A stretch of DNA of 64,000 nucleotides from a virus. The stretch's first letter is position 1. Each line of letters begins with the position of its first letter. The notes beneath the pieces were generated by a model, which had not been told where the DNA came from, did no database searches, and saw only the letters and a program-made list of their open reading frames with translations. Below are positions 12,301 through 21,664 of the stretch, in pieces. Where the stretch lies: positions 50,818 through 114,817 of the IMG/VR virus record IMGVR_UViG_3300043773_000401; one strand, written 5' to 3'. The position numbers were made by a program, and so were the translations under genes.

Positions 12301-13117
12301 CATAATCTAATACTTTAGATATTTCATTACCTAATCTAAATACATTTTGTCCAGTTTTAGCTGCTGCAAATCCACTAGCTCCACCACCAGTAGCAAAAGA
12401 CACACCCATTAAAGCTACTTCTTCAAGAAGTATTTCTGTTAATATACCAGCTGTATATGCAAAGTTACCTACTAAGTTAGTAAAGAAAGCACCTGTCCCT
12501 CCTCTTGATGAGTTAGCTATGGACATTGCTTTTTCCATCTTCTCAGCATTTTTGATATCACCAGCTAAACTATAGTCTCCCCAGTTTTCAAAGTTACCTA
12601 CAATTGCATCTTGCCATAGGGTACCCCATTGACCAGTCATTCTAGAAAAATCATCTGCCCAGCTAGAGTTAGCATTATATAATGATTCATTATCTCTGAA
12701 TGGTGAAAAGCCAAGTTCTTTAAACTTTGGATGATGATAATATCTATTATAATTCAAACCATACATTGAGCCATTAAAGCTTATTGGTTTGAAAGCTGCC
12801 ATCTCATCTTGATAAGCAGCACCATTTCTTAACTTATCTGCAAATAAAGATACACGTTTATCAGCAGGCATATTTAATGATCTAGCTGGATTAGGACCAG
12901 TCATTACATTACCTGATAAATAATTTTGAATATTTACTGATTTCTCAAACCCATTTGGTACAGCATTTTTTAATGCAGAGGTAAGAGCATAAGTATTTTT
13001 CTCATTTTCATATTGCTGATTAAACTCACTAGTTACATCCTGAACTATCTTAGTAGCTTCATCCTTATTTTTGTAATATGAATTCCAGTCAAAATTTTGT
13101 AAAGGATTTTCTGGCAT
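6386..13117 (-). CDS. Large multidomain putative cargo/ejection protein (2243 aa): hydrophobic Gly/Ala N-region, coiled coil, degenerate zincin, PD-(D/E)XK nuclease, P-loop kinase-like domain
   Basis: Motifs IIREVLK...EEFMTEAMTNPRF; ARGTHID...AGTIDML...IIDLKT...QLNAY; IIYATPGTGKTT...IIDMD. Lies next to the RNAP gene. Confidence 0.7.
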   Translation of the reverse strand: MPENPLQNFDWNSYYKNKDEATKIVQDVTSEFNQQYENEKNTYALTSALKNAVPNGFEKSVNIQNYLSGNVMTGPNPARSLNMPADKRVSLFADKLRNGAAYQDEMAAFKPISFNGSMYGLNYNRYYHHPKFKELGFSPFRDNESLYNANSSWADDFSRMTGQWGTLWQDAIVGNFENWGDYSLAGDIKNAEKMEKAMSIANSSRGGTGAFFTNLVGNFAYTAGILTEILLEEVALMGVSFATGGGASGFAAAKTGQNVFRLGNEISKVLDYVKGVKSLKQTVHTLRDVSTARNFFAGAKAFGAGAGRAALDFFNPLEQTTDYIRGFNQLKHVDKLSDAAMLRKGFGAFYRDMRMINAAFDEAKLEGGFVQKDQFDKLMHEYYQQNGRIPDAESDAAKEIYQNAKTAGDKTTLANIPAILYSNKLVLDKALKGFNFTRLQTAGKIILKNNDWKKLGTDAYKAYERGLGLLTKRAFYKQAGLAGTGGLLRYGAANYIEGVQELYQEGVSVAIKDYYSSIYKNPQLAGNKEIMLKAFGAGVESQMSAQGLDVFLSGLLMGGLSQVTQKVVFEAPVSIYQKYGPDKILGVEIQNKEALKKEKEARDKALDNLIEAMNAVEMQKSGSTPQEIFSLIEQNALEQRNLALEMQTAAELGDAKRFHDGKDASLALHIHTLLANDKADIILDQLKSLRDLTDDELLQAIEAKPEQEDGANVRKRLENTITNAEKYISNWNYFNNKYGRYDFPKDNITGRAYDIARLHFTFNNYNIERIADRMETMLNEVVASPGGKKIKATDVSILFDLGFISNELGILSSEISAYSSKEATAEQKKQAKEKQAKYDRLSKMYNSIKSLSDIRARLESKDTRAAELSEKYKTDEEFRTKLSEQRETTSKEITQDIDQANLIIDELEVDLETETDPVKRKEIEDAIEANKSYISALEQRLTEQTQEYDKILSMTREEFLDYETEKDNELLNNSVANLKEAYFGYMKELAAKEDESLLDDNLEESLQKLIDFYALKQDQRSAVTAVNILSNPRNFAEHVERLSNILKDVAANRKTYLKEGYLEFKKILSTNKFFQKLFDNGMFLDPDSVADFRAGRMPKFLLIPADIDKGDYVEVNAASNDPAIIEKYNKALELIAEHEREIGRPLMQKTIIERRPAGEFDESFATKDASDTRTLAQLAATFGVDPKVSTAKSAKDVLAAILASPQATEGEALLARLLIPIVRPDTTVNFVTGLTQPGTTGVATGIQIDLRYGAAEFNNANTPMERVIIREVLKSILTTEYSKDSAFKEEIDRMFENANNWFALEENKEKYAALYQIKPLGLSTPEEFMTEAMTNPRFQALLALIKSTKPAYKSLFQELFDAFKQVLRELIRGDIDGSLVKEAVDIISSRIFAAPSPGGIVTKLDVTSVENLTNAIKNEEFDTLPNDLLAEMQAEAMANGASDYVEFYKSSPNIPPLLQRYALRTQKMEEPTPGEILSLTPAEKVELLKDLGYSEDQISKMPEEDQNTIIDNMIFEPSSEVATKRSVIMMDIKKRLLPLTSKPLQLKTITDADGKVKSVYVDEDDNEYGRVSDLKPEFKGTANKLKAATARGTHIDDLLREYLDPDSTITSLDQFYRKAMELLEQKRNSSNPETREDFSNLNTTPEFYKQLYVVLKDIRVTLKKKGFVLLTNVPTLYGEIKGKRAGTIDMLAVNSEGEVFIIDLKTTEEGVNRFNTPDKTKADEIQLNAYRELLKQRTGIEVKRILVLPLEATFDIKTRSYTSVKRSSNPDKADDKTIIIDSSRDIFQILGIPKPEVTEVTETPIVVEARLALEKSPEAYGLTAEQVTALTSDQILEIYNKGPVPVTPTTDIQDKKAEIETLKESIKLRQKRSLSKVVPQTKTDVKTGAKRITGYAMLYYPPSFDGVTNWNIVEKIEAKTEQEVINKINAKYDAELDALETKPVTGTQGTTEVAIKPEYIGKIIYATPGTGKTTLGRMFPGLIIDMDQVLADLIEEQTGDVLTDLERNNIGKAIYDRLATGALKNKTFYSEAFRKMKELKADNPDKIILTGTYAFIDTPTYKKALDVLFISSEDQDFMNHMAVRGNTPEEITSTLAKYRAAESVFVPTKKQKVIRIGGVASSNNLANVLTGQAEVTEAMQVSKADSQMILDFAKQVREAEGDIAKLTEIKDKVAEYIAERAKNMVTIDTKFLSELIETKMKQASGKNIKFDSETKDGISKDDSDFPNGPADPDDSDLPSDCGL

Positions 13118-13119
13118 GA

Positions 13120-16100
13120 TTACTTATTTAAGTATTGGTTTATATCATATGAAACATTCTTATTATTTCTAAGAGCCATCTTAGTCATAAGGTTCTGAGC
13201 ATAGATCTTTTGTGTTTCTCCTTGGAAGTCAGCAATAATATCATCTATAGCAGGCATTCCTTTAACAAAGATAGGTCCATCATTATCAAGATTAACTACT
13301 TGAGGTGCTCCATTTATAGGATTAGTATATATAAAACTACCTGTTATTTTGGCACCAGTACCAGTTCTTGTTATATCTATGCTACCAGATTCTGGATCAT
13401 TAATAGATACTTTACCATTCATTTTGTACTGTAGTTCATATGGACTTTCTGTTGTTCTATTAAACCATAGATTGTTTGTATTTTTTCTAGGAATAACTAT
13501 AGTAAACTCACCATCTATACCAGTATCATCTAAATAGTCATACATATTCTTTTCTGCATCTGTAGCTGAAGACTTATTATTTTTAATATAGTCATCAACA
13601 TTTAAGATTTTAAAAGTATAAGCTGTTAGATCTCCTTTGTTATACCCTATAGATGATGGATAAAATTGAACAAAAGGTCTATTAGCATTATCTTCTTTCC
13701 AATCAGTATAGAAGAATTTAGTTAAGAAAGCTTTAGCTGCAGCATCTGCTCTATCAAGTTTTTCTGGATCTAATTCAGTAGAGATAATATTTTTAGCAGG
13801 ACCGTATATAATTCTAGCTTCTGGATTTATACCTTCTACATCTCTTAAATTATCAAATACTGATAAACCATCTGCCCAAGCTTGAGACTCAAATTTAGCA
13901 GGATCTATTGTAGCAACACCAGCTCTAACAAATATACTTTGTCCACCTGGTACTTGATCTATAGATTTAACACCTACTGCTTGATTACCTGAGTTATATA
14001 CTTCTTTAATAGATGATGCAAAATCATCATACTCTTCACCTATACTTTTATTTATTCTAGATATAATAGAAGCATCTTTATTATTTATCCAATAACCTAG
14101 ATTTTCTTTTACAGTTTCTAAATCTTTATAGGTATTATAAACACCTTTACCAATACGTTCTGCTAGTTGATTACTTATTTCATATTGATCTCCTGTAATA
14201 GGATCTTTAACATAAGCTATATTGGCATCAATATTAACATCTAACTCAATAGGTTTATTTGCAACTTGTTTTTTATATATTTCATTGATATATGAACTCT
14301 TAGGTCTCATAGTTTTATCTGGACCCATCATATAATCTATCCTTAATCTTTTTGGAGCTTTGGGATCTTTTTCAACTAACATTTTATCTTTTAACATATC
14401 TTCTAATTCTTTAGTTGTACCATTACCTGGCATCATTGAATCAGGTGTTAACCAAGAATAAACTGTAGCTGTAATATCTGCTAATGTAGATCTTATACCT
14501 CCTTCGTATTCATCACTAAGTTGAATACCTTTAATATAGTTAACTGCATTTTCAAAATTTTCTGTATGTGCAGTTTTTATAAGTTTGTTAGTTTCACTAT
14601 ACACATCATAATCAGTCTTGGTTCTTTTTAAGTTGTTAAGTACCTCTAGTCTTCTAGGATTATTAAAAAGAATCTTCTGATTGTCTTTGTCTGCTATTAC
14701 TTCATATGCTTTATCAACAGTGTTATTCATATTAGGCATATTGTCTAATATCCACTTAACACCATAGTCATTTAGGTTACCATTAGAATCCATTCCTCTG
14801 CCTTTTTCTTTTAAGTGATTAATCAGAGGGGCACCAAAAATTGATAATATTTGTTCATTAGCATACTCACCTAGCTTATTACCTTTATTATTAACAGCTA
14901 TGTGGTTAAGTTCTGCATATACATCGGTTAAGAAGTTCTTACCTTTATCATAAGCAGCATCAGAATAATTTCTTAGAATAGCGTTAAAGTTTCCTTGTAG
15001 ATCAATATCAGTTTCTGGAGCTACATAGTTAGCATCTTCTGTTGCTGCATAATCATTACCTGTAATAGACTTAGTAATAAGATCTTTGGTAGAACCAGAT
15101 CCTTTAGCTCTTTCTTTAGTAATGTCCATTATGGTCTTATACTCTTCTAACTTCATTGCAAGGTCATTCTGATATTTAGCTAATGCATAAGGATCAGGTT
15201 TAATATCTTCTTGCTTTTTAGTCATCATTGAGTAAGAATATGCAGCATTATATAAGTCACCTAATAATAAGGAACTTGCTAATGCACTATCTGCTCTATA
15301 TCTTAAACTAGAAATATCTTGGTCAGCTATAGCATCATCATTTACTATTTGTAGATTAGTAGAAGCTATATTAACATTTGTTCTTGCTACTTGCTCTTGT
15401 TGATTTAGATTAGAGATCATTTCAGCAATACTAGGGTCATCCATATCAACCCCATCTTGTTTAACTGATTCTGCCAATGCTTGTTTCTTATCTATGATTT
15501 TACCTAGATGTTGATTGTTAAGATCTTCTAGAGCTTTCTGTTGTTTTTTAACTGCATCAAACACAGTACCTAAGAATTCTCTTTCTGCAGCTTCTTCTCC
15601 TATTTCAGGAGCTTTACTCATTATATAATCTTTTCTAGCTAAAGCTCCTTTAACTTCGTATACATCTTTTACTCTTGGATCATTACCATATACACTAACA
15701 AAGTAATCAGTTAATGTAGGAATTAATTTCTCACCATTAGTAGTTGTTATAAGATACTTACCATCATTATCTATATATTGTATAGATACTCCCATTTCTT
15801 TTGCAAACTTGGTAGCATCTTTTACTACATTAACATAAGGAACATATCTAGGAGACTGAAACATCATTGCTTCATCATCAGTAGCTTTAGAGAAATCATT
15901 TCTCATATAGTTAAGATACCTTACTCCATCTGACCAGTATTGGTCTTTACATTCTTCACTAGTACAATTCTTAAAGTATTCAGACTTACCTAGTGCTTTA
16001 TTATATGTTTTAGTCCATGCCATATCTTTAACAACATTCTTGTCATTAATAAAAGGCTTGAATACATTATATGCAGCATCTACATTTTGTTCTAAGGATA

Positions 16101-16347
16101 GATCTAGTGAAGATATCTTTTTAATATCATTACCAATCTGTTGAAAAAACTTGTTTCTTCGTTCTATGTTAATATCTCTGGATAGTTCAGAGTTAAGAAG
16201 AGTATCATATAACTTACTTAGTTTATCATAACCAGCTTGATACTGTGATTCTTTAGTTTGTAATACAGCATTATAAAAATTGAAGTCTGGCTGAAACGGT
16301 TGTATCTGTGGTATGTAATCTCTAGAACCTTTTAGATATGTTGCCAT
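13120..16347 (-). CDS. Large putative virion cargo protein (1075 aa)
   Basis: Long helical ORF in the cargo block, with its own promoter-like element upstream. Confidence 0.55.
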   Translation of the reverse strand: MATYLKGSRDYIPQIQPFQPDFNFYNAVLQTKESQYQAGYDKLSKLYDTLLNSELSRDINIERRNKFFQQIGNDIKKISSLDLSLEQNVDAAYNVFKPFINDKNVVKDMAWTKTYNKALGKSEYFKNCTSEECKDQYWSDGVRYLNYMRNDFSKATDDEAMMFQSPRYVPYVNVVKDATKFAKEMGVSIQYIDNDGKYLITTTNGEKLIPTLTDYFVSVYGNDPRVKDVYEVKGALARKDYIMSKAPEIGEEAAEREFLGTVFDAVKKQQKALEDLNNQHLGKIIDKKQALAESVKQDGVDMDDPSIAEMISNLNQQEQVARTNVNIASTNLQIVNDDAIADQDISSLRYRADSALASSLLLGDLYNAAYSYSMMTKKQEDIKPDPYALAKYQNDLAMKLEEYKTIMDITKERAKGSGSTKDLITKSITGNDYAATEDANYVAPETDIDLQGNFNAILRNYSDAAYDKGKNFLTDVYAELNHIAVNNKGNKLGEYANEQILSIFGAPLINHLKEKGRGMDSNGNLNDYGVKWILDNMPNMNNTVDKAYEVIADKDNQKILFNNPRRLEVLNNLKRTKTDYDVYSETNKLIKTAHTENFENAVNYIKGIQLSDEYEGGIRSTLADITATVYSWLTPDSMMPGNGTTKELEDMLKDKMLVEKDPKAPKRLRIDYMMGPDKTMRPKSSYINEIYKKQVANKPIELDVNIDANIAYVKDPITGDQYEISNQLAERIGKGVYNTYKDLETVKENLGYWINNKDASIISRINKSIGEEYDDFASSIKEVYNSGNQAVGVKSIDQVPGGQSIFVRAGVATIDPAKFESQAWADGLSVFDNLRDVEGINPEARIIYGPAKNIISTELDPEKLDRADAAAKAFLTKFFYTDWKEDNANRPFVQFYPSSIGYNKGDLTAYTFKILNVDDYIKNNKSSATDAEKNMYDYLDDTGIDGEFTIVIPRKNTNNLWFNRTTESPYELQYKMNGKVSINDPESGSIDITRTGTGAKITGSFIYTNPINGAPQVVNLDNDGPIFVKGMPAIDDIIADFQGETQKIYAQNLMTKMALRNNKNVSYDINQYLNK

Positions 16348-16363
16348 AGTGTCATTTATAGAG

Positions 16364-16395
16364 TAAATATAAGCATTTAAAATCTAAATATAAAA
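16364..16395 (-). promoter_or_regulatory. Putative promoter (TATATTTA box) for the large cargo/RNAP operon
   Basis: The TATATTTACT box is the same as at 60719; the -33 element is degenerate. Confidence 0.45.
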
Positions 16396-16432
16396 TTAAT
16401 TTTAAAAGTTAATTTGTACTTAGAAACTTAAT

Positions 16433-19018
16433 CTATTGCTTATTTTGTGGATTAGAAGCTGTTGGATAACTATAATAATCAGGAAGTTCATATTCATCTT
16501 GTGGTTGATTTTTTGAACTTGCTGTTATAAGTTTAATAAGCTCTGCATTAGATAAATCAGAATAGTTTGGATCTGATCTATATATGTCATATAGCTCAAG
16601 TGGTGTTTTAGCAGAACCTGCACTTGGTTTCATTGTAGAACCTCTAGTAAATATAACATTACCTGTAACAGGATCTGTTTGAAAGTGAGGATACATTGCA
16701 TTCATAGCTGCTGTCTTACCAGCATTAGTAAGACCTGTAATATAGTTTTGTCTTGCAGCAACTCTTAATGCTCTTGTAGTATCATCATAGTTTTGATTAG
16801 TAGCTACAGTTTCATCATAGAAGTTTTTCATAATAGCAGCATTCTGTCTATTCTGCTCATTAGATATTTGTTTTCTAGTAAGCTCAAATGTATTAGCAAT
16901 ACCAACATTCTGTTTATTTACTTGATCCATAATGTTAGCTGCATTAGCTGCTGCCTTTCCTTGTACACTAGATACTCTAGATGATAAAGCTTGTGGTCCT
17001 GCAAATGCTCCTAATGCTTGTGATGCTATAGCTGCTTGTTCAGCATTAGCTGCAAGAGCTCTTTCTGGAGATATAAAAGTAGGACTAGGTAACTCATAGT
17101 TAACTGTCTGTAGTGTTGGGTAGTATCTGTTAACTGAATAGATATCACCTATTGATCCTAAAGTATTTGCTACATCTTGTGTCCACCATCTAGCTGGAGT
17201 AACACCAGTTTCAGTAGCATCTAATGGTTCAACATCATAAGGTTCTACTTTATCTTCTTCTTTTTCTTCTTCTAAATCTAATAGATTATAAGCTGCATCT
17301 TTAGGAAGAATAATTTCACCTGCTGTAGTATTTCCATAGATAGCATCTATTGGAGAAATTGGTCTTCCTTTTTCATCTGTTTGATCTTTTTTACCTATAG
17401 GTGTAACATCAAAGTTAGCAAGAACATCTTTATACTTAGGATCATCAGCTAGCTCTTGTATAGATTTAAAAATTCCTTGGAATGCTCTGATTTTAGTATC
17501 ATCAAAAGCATCAAACCCTAGTTGAGACATTACTTCTTTATATCTTTTATTTCTTGGGTATGTATCCCAGGATGGATCACCAACTACTTTAGTACCAGAT
17601 GCATTAATAGCATAGTTCTGTTTTTGTCCTTCTAAGAATATCTCAGTTACTTCTTCAGGTGTAAGTTTTAAAAGCTCATCTTTTTGACCTTGACTTAGTC
17701 CACTTCTAAAACCTTTAATTTTTTCTTGAAACTGTTTATATAAATCTTGTTGTAAATTTTTATTGTTTCTGAAAAGATAATCTAACTGACCATACTGAGT
17801 TTGTAGTTTACCTAATCTAGGATCATCAATTTTAGTTGAAGGCATTACAACACCTTTAAGCAACTGATATCCTCCACCTGGTTTTTCTACAAATATTTTT
17901 TGGTCTTTAGTAGCTATCTTTTGAGTTTGTTGTAGTCTTGCTTGGAAGTCTATATCGGATTCTCCTTTTATTCTAGATACAATAAGATCTTTACCTTCTC
18001 TTGGTCCATTCTTATATTTCTTAGTAACTTGTTCTCCATCTTGGTATTTTTTTAAACTACCTCCTTGTTTCATCATTGCTTGGCCTTGCATATAAGCTGG
18101 TTCTTCAAACATGACTTGTTCTTCCATAGGAGCTTCCATTGTCATAGGTTGCTGCAATGCTTCAGCCATTTGTTGAATAGTAACCATCTGATCTTCTTCT
18201 GGTAGTTCTTGAAGCTGCATCATTATTTGTTTAGCATCTCCACCAGTAAGTTGTGCAAACTGTGATATAATATTACTAATAACATCATAGTCTAATTCTG
18301 TGTCTTCTTCCATTTCTGGTGATCCCCCATATTGCATAGGTGGTACCATTTCATATTGTGCTTCTGATTGAGCCATTGCATTTTGTTGTGGCATACCTTG
18401 TTGCATTTGTTGAGGTGCCATCTGTGGTAAAATAGACTCTGCTGTAGTACCTACTTTATCCATATAAGGTAAAGCTACTATTGGAACTCCTTGAGGAAAT
18501 CCTTTTTTAGCTTCTTGTACTAATGCTAGCTTTCCTAACTTAATGTTATAGTTCTTAATCATTAGTTCAGCAGTTTTCTTAGCAAACTTATCAGAGTCTG
18601 GACTAGCAAGAATCTTTACATATTCATTAATGTCATATTTATTAGCAAGCTCTGCAGGTGTATAACCTTTAACTCCTTTCTTTTTAGTTTTACCAAATTG
18701 TTCTAAGAGTTCTTTTTCTTTGATCTTCATACTGTTGGTATCACTGTATATAAAAGAATCATTAGGAGCTTTTAAAGGTGTGCCTCCCTCATAATGTCTT
18801 TTACCTCCAATCTTATATGTTGCAGGAATACCACCAAACTTAGAAGGTATCATAATAATTTCACCTTTCTCAGCTTCTAGATCAGCTTCTTCTCTAGGTA
18901 CACCAGGAAGACTTTTATTTACCTTAAGCTTTGGTTCAGATAATTTATCAGGAATAAACTGGGGAGCCATCTGATTATACCAGATACCACCATTTTTAAA
19001 TATGAATTTCTTACTCAT
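16433..19018 (-). CDS. Putative cargo protein (~861 aa) with an EAEKGE...GKRHYEGG domain, a Q/M-rich linker and an Ala/Asn/Gln-rich C-terminal helical region
   Basis: ORF track gives 16433..19033; a start at ATG 19018 (MSKKF) leaves a shorter overlap with the upstream gene. Contains xKxGG motifs. Confidence 0.55.
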   Translation of the reverse strand: MSKKFIFKNGGIWYNQMAPQFIPDKLSEPKLKVNKSLPGVPREEADLEAEKGEIIMIPSKFGGIPATYKIGGKRHYEGGTPLKAPNDSFIYSDTNSMKIKEKELLEQFGKTKKKGVKGYTPAELANKYDINEYVKILASPDSDKFAKKTAELMIKNYNIKLGKLALVQEAKKGFPQGVPIVALPYMDKVGTTAESILPQMAPQQMQQGMPQQNAMAQSEAQYEMVPPMQYGGSPEMEEDTELDYDVISNIISQFAQLTGGDAKQIMMQLQELPEEDQMVTIQQMAEALQQPMTMEAPMEEQVMFEEPAYMQGQAMMKQGGSLKKYQDGEQVTKKYKNGPREGKDLIVSRIKGESDIDFQARLQQTQKIATKDQKIFVEKPGGGYQLLKGVVMPSTKIDDPRLGKLQTQYGQLDYLFRNNKNLQQDLYKQFQEKIKGFRSGLSQGQKDELLKLTPEEVTEIFLEGQKQNYAINASGTKVVGDPSWDTYPRNKRYKEVMSQLGFDAFDDTKIRAFQGIFKSIQELADDPKYKDVLANFDVTPIGKKDQTDEKGRPISPIDAIYGNTTAGEIILPKDAAYNLLDLEEEKEEDKVEPYDVEPLDATETGVTPARWWTQDVANTLGSIGDIYSVNRYYPTLQTVNYELPSPTFISPERALAANAEQAAIASQALGAFAGPQALSSRVSSVQGKAAANAANIMDQVNKQNVGIANTFELTRKQISNEQNRQNAAIMKNFYDETVATNQNYDDTTRALRVAARQNYITGLTNAGKTAAMNAMYPHFQTDPVTGNVIFTRGSTMKPSAGSAKTPLELYDIYRSDPNYSDLSNAELIKLITASSKNQPQDEYELPDYYSYPTASNPQNKQ

Positions 19019-21623
19019 ATGTATTACCTCCAATATTTTTGATTTTTCTTATAACAGGGCTAGTTAAGAATTGTGTCATACCATTTACAAATACACCACC
19101 TTGTTGTGCATATGGTCCAGTATATACTAGTTCATTAGGTCTAAATGAATTCCAGTTAGTAGAATAATCTCCACGGTTAGTATCATAGTTTTGCATAAAC
19201 AAAGAAGTAGGGTCTTGCATCTTCTTTCTAAAGTCTTGCTTTCTTTTATTAGCTTCTAGATCTTTTCCTATACCTGTAAGCATATTAACACCCATCAATG
19301 ATAGATCTGCTATAGATTGATTAGTAGGTCTTAGACCTTCTTTAATATCAGCTTCTACAGAATTATTTAATAGGTTTTTAAATTTGAATGTTTTATTAAA
19401 TCCAGATCCATCTGCATATTTAGGCATACCTCCATATCTTCTATAAGTCATATCATATAACTTAGTACCTGGTTGTCCTTCACCTTGTCCAGTAGTATTA
19501 TCCATAGTAGGAGCTGGAGTATTATAATTATTAGCAGCAGTATTTGTAGCTGTTGAAGGTGTTGTATTAGTATTAGTAAGATTACTAGTAGTTGTATTAG
19601 ATGTGTTAGTTGTATTGGCAGTATTACTTGTTGCTGTACCTGGACCAAAGTTTAATATCCCTTTGAATCTTTTAAGTGAAGGAGATCCCCAGAATATAGG
19701 ATTTCTAGTTTTTAGTTCATTAACAACTATTTGATTTAAAGGACCAGCAAATCCTGTAAAACCACCAGGGAAATTACCTTTAAGTTTAACATTAGAATAT
19801 GGTTGCCAGTTAATAGGTAGTAAATCAAATAAACCACCTGTAGGTCTTGGACTTGTTTGTACATTAGTTTTAGAACTTACATCTACCCAAGTTGTACCAT
19901 CCCATCTTTTATATTTACCATCTATTACTCTTATATCTCCTTTTTCTAGTCCACTTGTTTTACCATCTGTCCCAGTATTAGCTTTACTATCTGTTCCACC
20001 AGAAGGTCCAGCAACATTAACACCTGTTGGAAGATTACTAGTAGTAGCTGATCCTGCATTAGAACTATAATATTTCTTAGCATAATCTTTTGTTTCATTT
20101 ACTCTATTTGTCCATTCAGCTAGTTTAGAAGGAGTAACACCTGAAGTATTAGTATAACTTCTAATTTTTTCTGCAGCAAAAGGATCACCTAAAGCATCTC
20201 CCATTGCCATAACATCTTTACCATATTTTTGCCAAGCTGCATCTACAGCAGTAGGATCTAATTTTCCTGACTTATACATAGCAACTTTTTCTGCAGGTGT
20301 TAATTTACCAGCAGCTACCATCATAGAAGCTCTAGGATCTTCACTATTAAAAGCAAAGTCAAAACCCATAGCTTGTTGGGATAGTGGAAGTTCATAAAGT
20401 CCATACTTATTATAGTACTTATCTATAGCATCTTTAATAGCTTCATCTCTTCCTCCTGTATATGGTGAATATGATTTTTCTGGATCTTGTGTAAATCCAT
20501 AATTGTCATAACCTAATCTAGTCTCACGATCTATTGTATTAGCAACAATATCATATGCTTTATTATACTCAGGTGTACCAGGTTGAACAGCTTTTCCTAC
20601 TTGAGCTTGTTCTAATGCTTCATCTTCTTTTTCTAGCTCTTCTTGATTCTTTAAGTATTGACTAAATGGAGTAAACTGATCAGATCTCATATTATCAAAT
20701 CTACCACCAAAGAATGCTGATAACCCTTCTCTAAATCCTGGTTCTGTTTCAGAAGCTTCATAAGCATCTTGAAAAGATTCCCAGTTACTAAATGGATCAA
20801 AGTTAAGTTCATTAGTATTACCACCATCTGCCATCTTTTTCATTCCTCCATTCTTCATTAAGAAAGGATATGTTTCTTTAAGATTAGCCATGGCAGCTGT
20901 ACTTCTTAGATAATTGATAAAGTTAGTTGTCTTACCTAAATAACTATCTGGTCCTTCTGAGTATCCTGCCATACCACCATCTTGTGCCATTGGCATAGCC
21001 TCTTCTTGCATTTCTCCCATTTGTTGGGGTTGCATTTGTTGAGCTTGCATTTCTTGTTCCATCATCTGTTGATCCATAGGAGCTTCAGTTTGTGGTGAAG
21101 AAGATTGAGCTTCCATAATAGGTCTTACTTCTTCAATGATCTGCATTAAAGCTTGTTCTTGTTCTTCAGGACTAAGTTGCTGTAGTTGTGCTATTACATC
21201 TTCTACACTTGAGTTTATAGATTCAGCATATATAGCAAGTACTTGAGCTATCATATCTTGTTGACTCTGACCACCATCTTGTCTTTTTCTTAATCCTCCC
21301 CCACATTCAAAACATGGCTGACCACCTTTCATGAACATCATCATATTAGGAGCAGGTATACCATAGCTAAACATTTGAGCTGCAGTAGGAGCTGCATAAT
21401 AAGGAGACCCCCCATTCTTCATGGTAACAGTACTAAACTGCATAGGAGCACCAAAGTTATAAAACTCTGCTTCTGTTCTAGCTTGGGGAAAAGCTGTAGT
21501 ACCACCAAACTTCATCTGAAATTTTTCTGGGGTATCATACTCTCTATAAAATGCTGCTTCTCCTTCTGGGGTGTTTGGATACCCTGCCATGCTTAGGTAG
21601 TCTTCTTTTCTCATAGAATACAT
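19011..21623 (-). CDS. Putative cargo protein (870 aa) with many xKxGG motifs and a GH108-like lysozyme module
   Basis: RETRLGYDNYGFTQ...YY...LPLSQQAMGFDFAFNS resembles Glyco_hydro_108 (EGG..T.YGIT...LP...FD.AVNSG). Has Q/M-rich and T/N-rich linkers. Confidence 0.55.
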   Translation of the reverse strand: MYSMRKEDYLSMAGYPNTPEGEAAFYREYDTPEKFQMKFGGTTAFPQARTEAEFYNFGAPMQFSTVTMKNGGSPYYAAPTAAQMFSYGIPAPNMMMFMKGGQPCFECGGGLRKRQDGGQSQQDMIAQVLAIYAESINSSVEDVIAQLQQLSPEEQEQALMQIIEEVRPIMEAQSSSPQTEAPMDQQMMEQEMQAQQMQPQQMGEMQEEAMPMAQDGGMAGYSEGPDSYLGKTTNFINYLRSTAAMANLKETYPFLMKNGGMKKMADGGNTNELNFDPFSNWESFQDAYEASETEPGFREGLSAFFGGRFDNMRSDQFTPFSQYLKNQEELEKEDEALEQAQVGKAVQPGTPEYNKAYDIVANTIDRETRLGYDNYGFTQDPEKSYSPYTGGRDEAIKDAIDKYYNKYGLYELPLSQQAMGFDFAFNSEDPRASMMVAAGKLTPAEKVAMYKSGKLDPTAVDAAWQKYGKDVMAMGDALGDPFAAEKIRSYTNTSGVTPSKLAEWTNRVNETKDYAKKYYSSNAGSATTSNLPTGVNVAGPSGGTDSKANTGTDGKTSGLEKGDIRVIDGKYKRWDGTTWVDVSSKTNVQTSPRPTGGLFDLLPINWQPYSNVKLKGNFPGGFTGFAGPLNQIVVNELKTRNPIFWGSPSLKRFKGILNFGPGTATSNTANTTNTSNTTTSNLTNTNTTPSTATNTAANNYNTPAPTMDNTTGQGEGQPGTKLYDMTYRRYGGMPKYADGSGFNKTFKFKNLLNNSVEADIKEGLRPTNQSIADLSLMGVNMLTGIGKDLEANKRKQDFRKKMQDPTSLFMQNYDTNRGDYSTNWNSFRPNELVYTGPYAQQGGVFVNGMTQFLTSPVIRKIKNIGGNTYE

Positions 21624-21632
21624 ATTAATATA

Positions 21633-21664
21633 CTAATATACAAATATAATGTTAATTATTCAAA
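21633..21664 (-). promoter_or_regulatory. Putative promoter TTTG-N20-TATATTAG
   Basis: Exact 20-nt spacer, upstream of the 870-aa gene. Confidence 0.6.

Noticed and set aside
19448-19648. Alternative-frame minus-strand ORFs (also 51581-51835 and 52877-53062)
   Set aside because: These are by-products of codon bias or low-complexity Thr/Asn tracts inside real genes.
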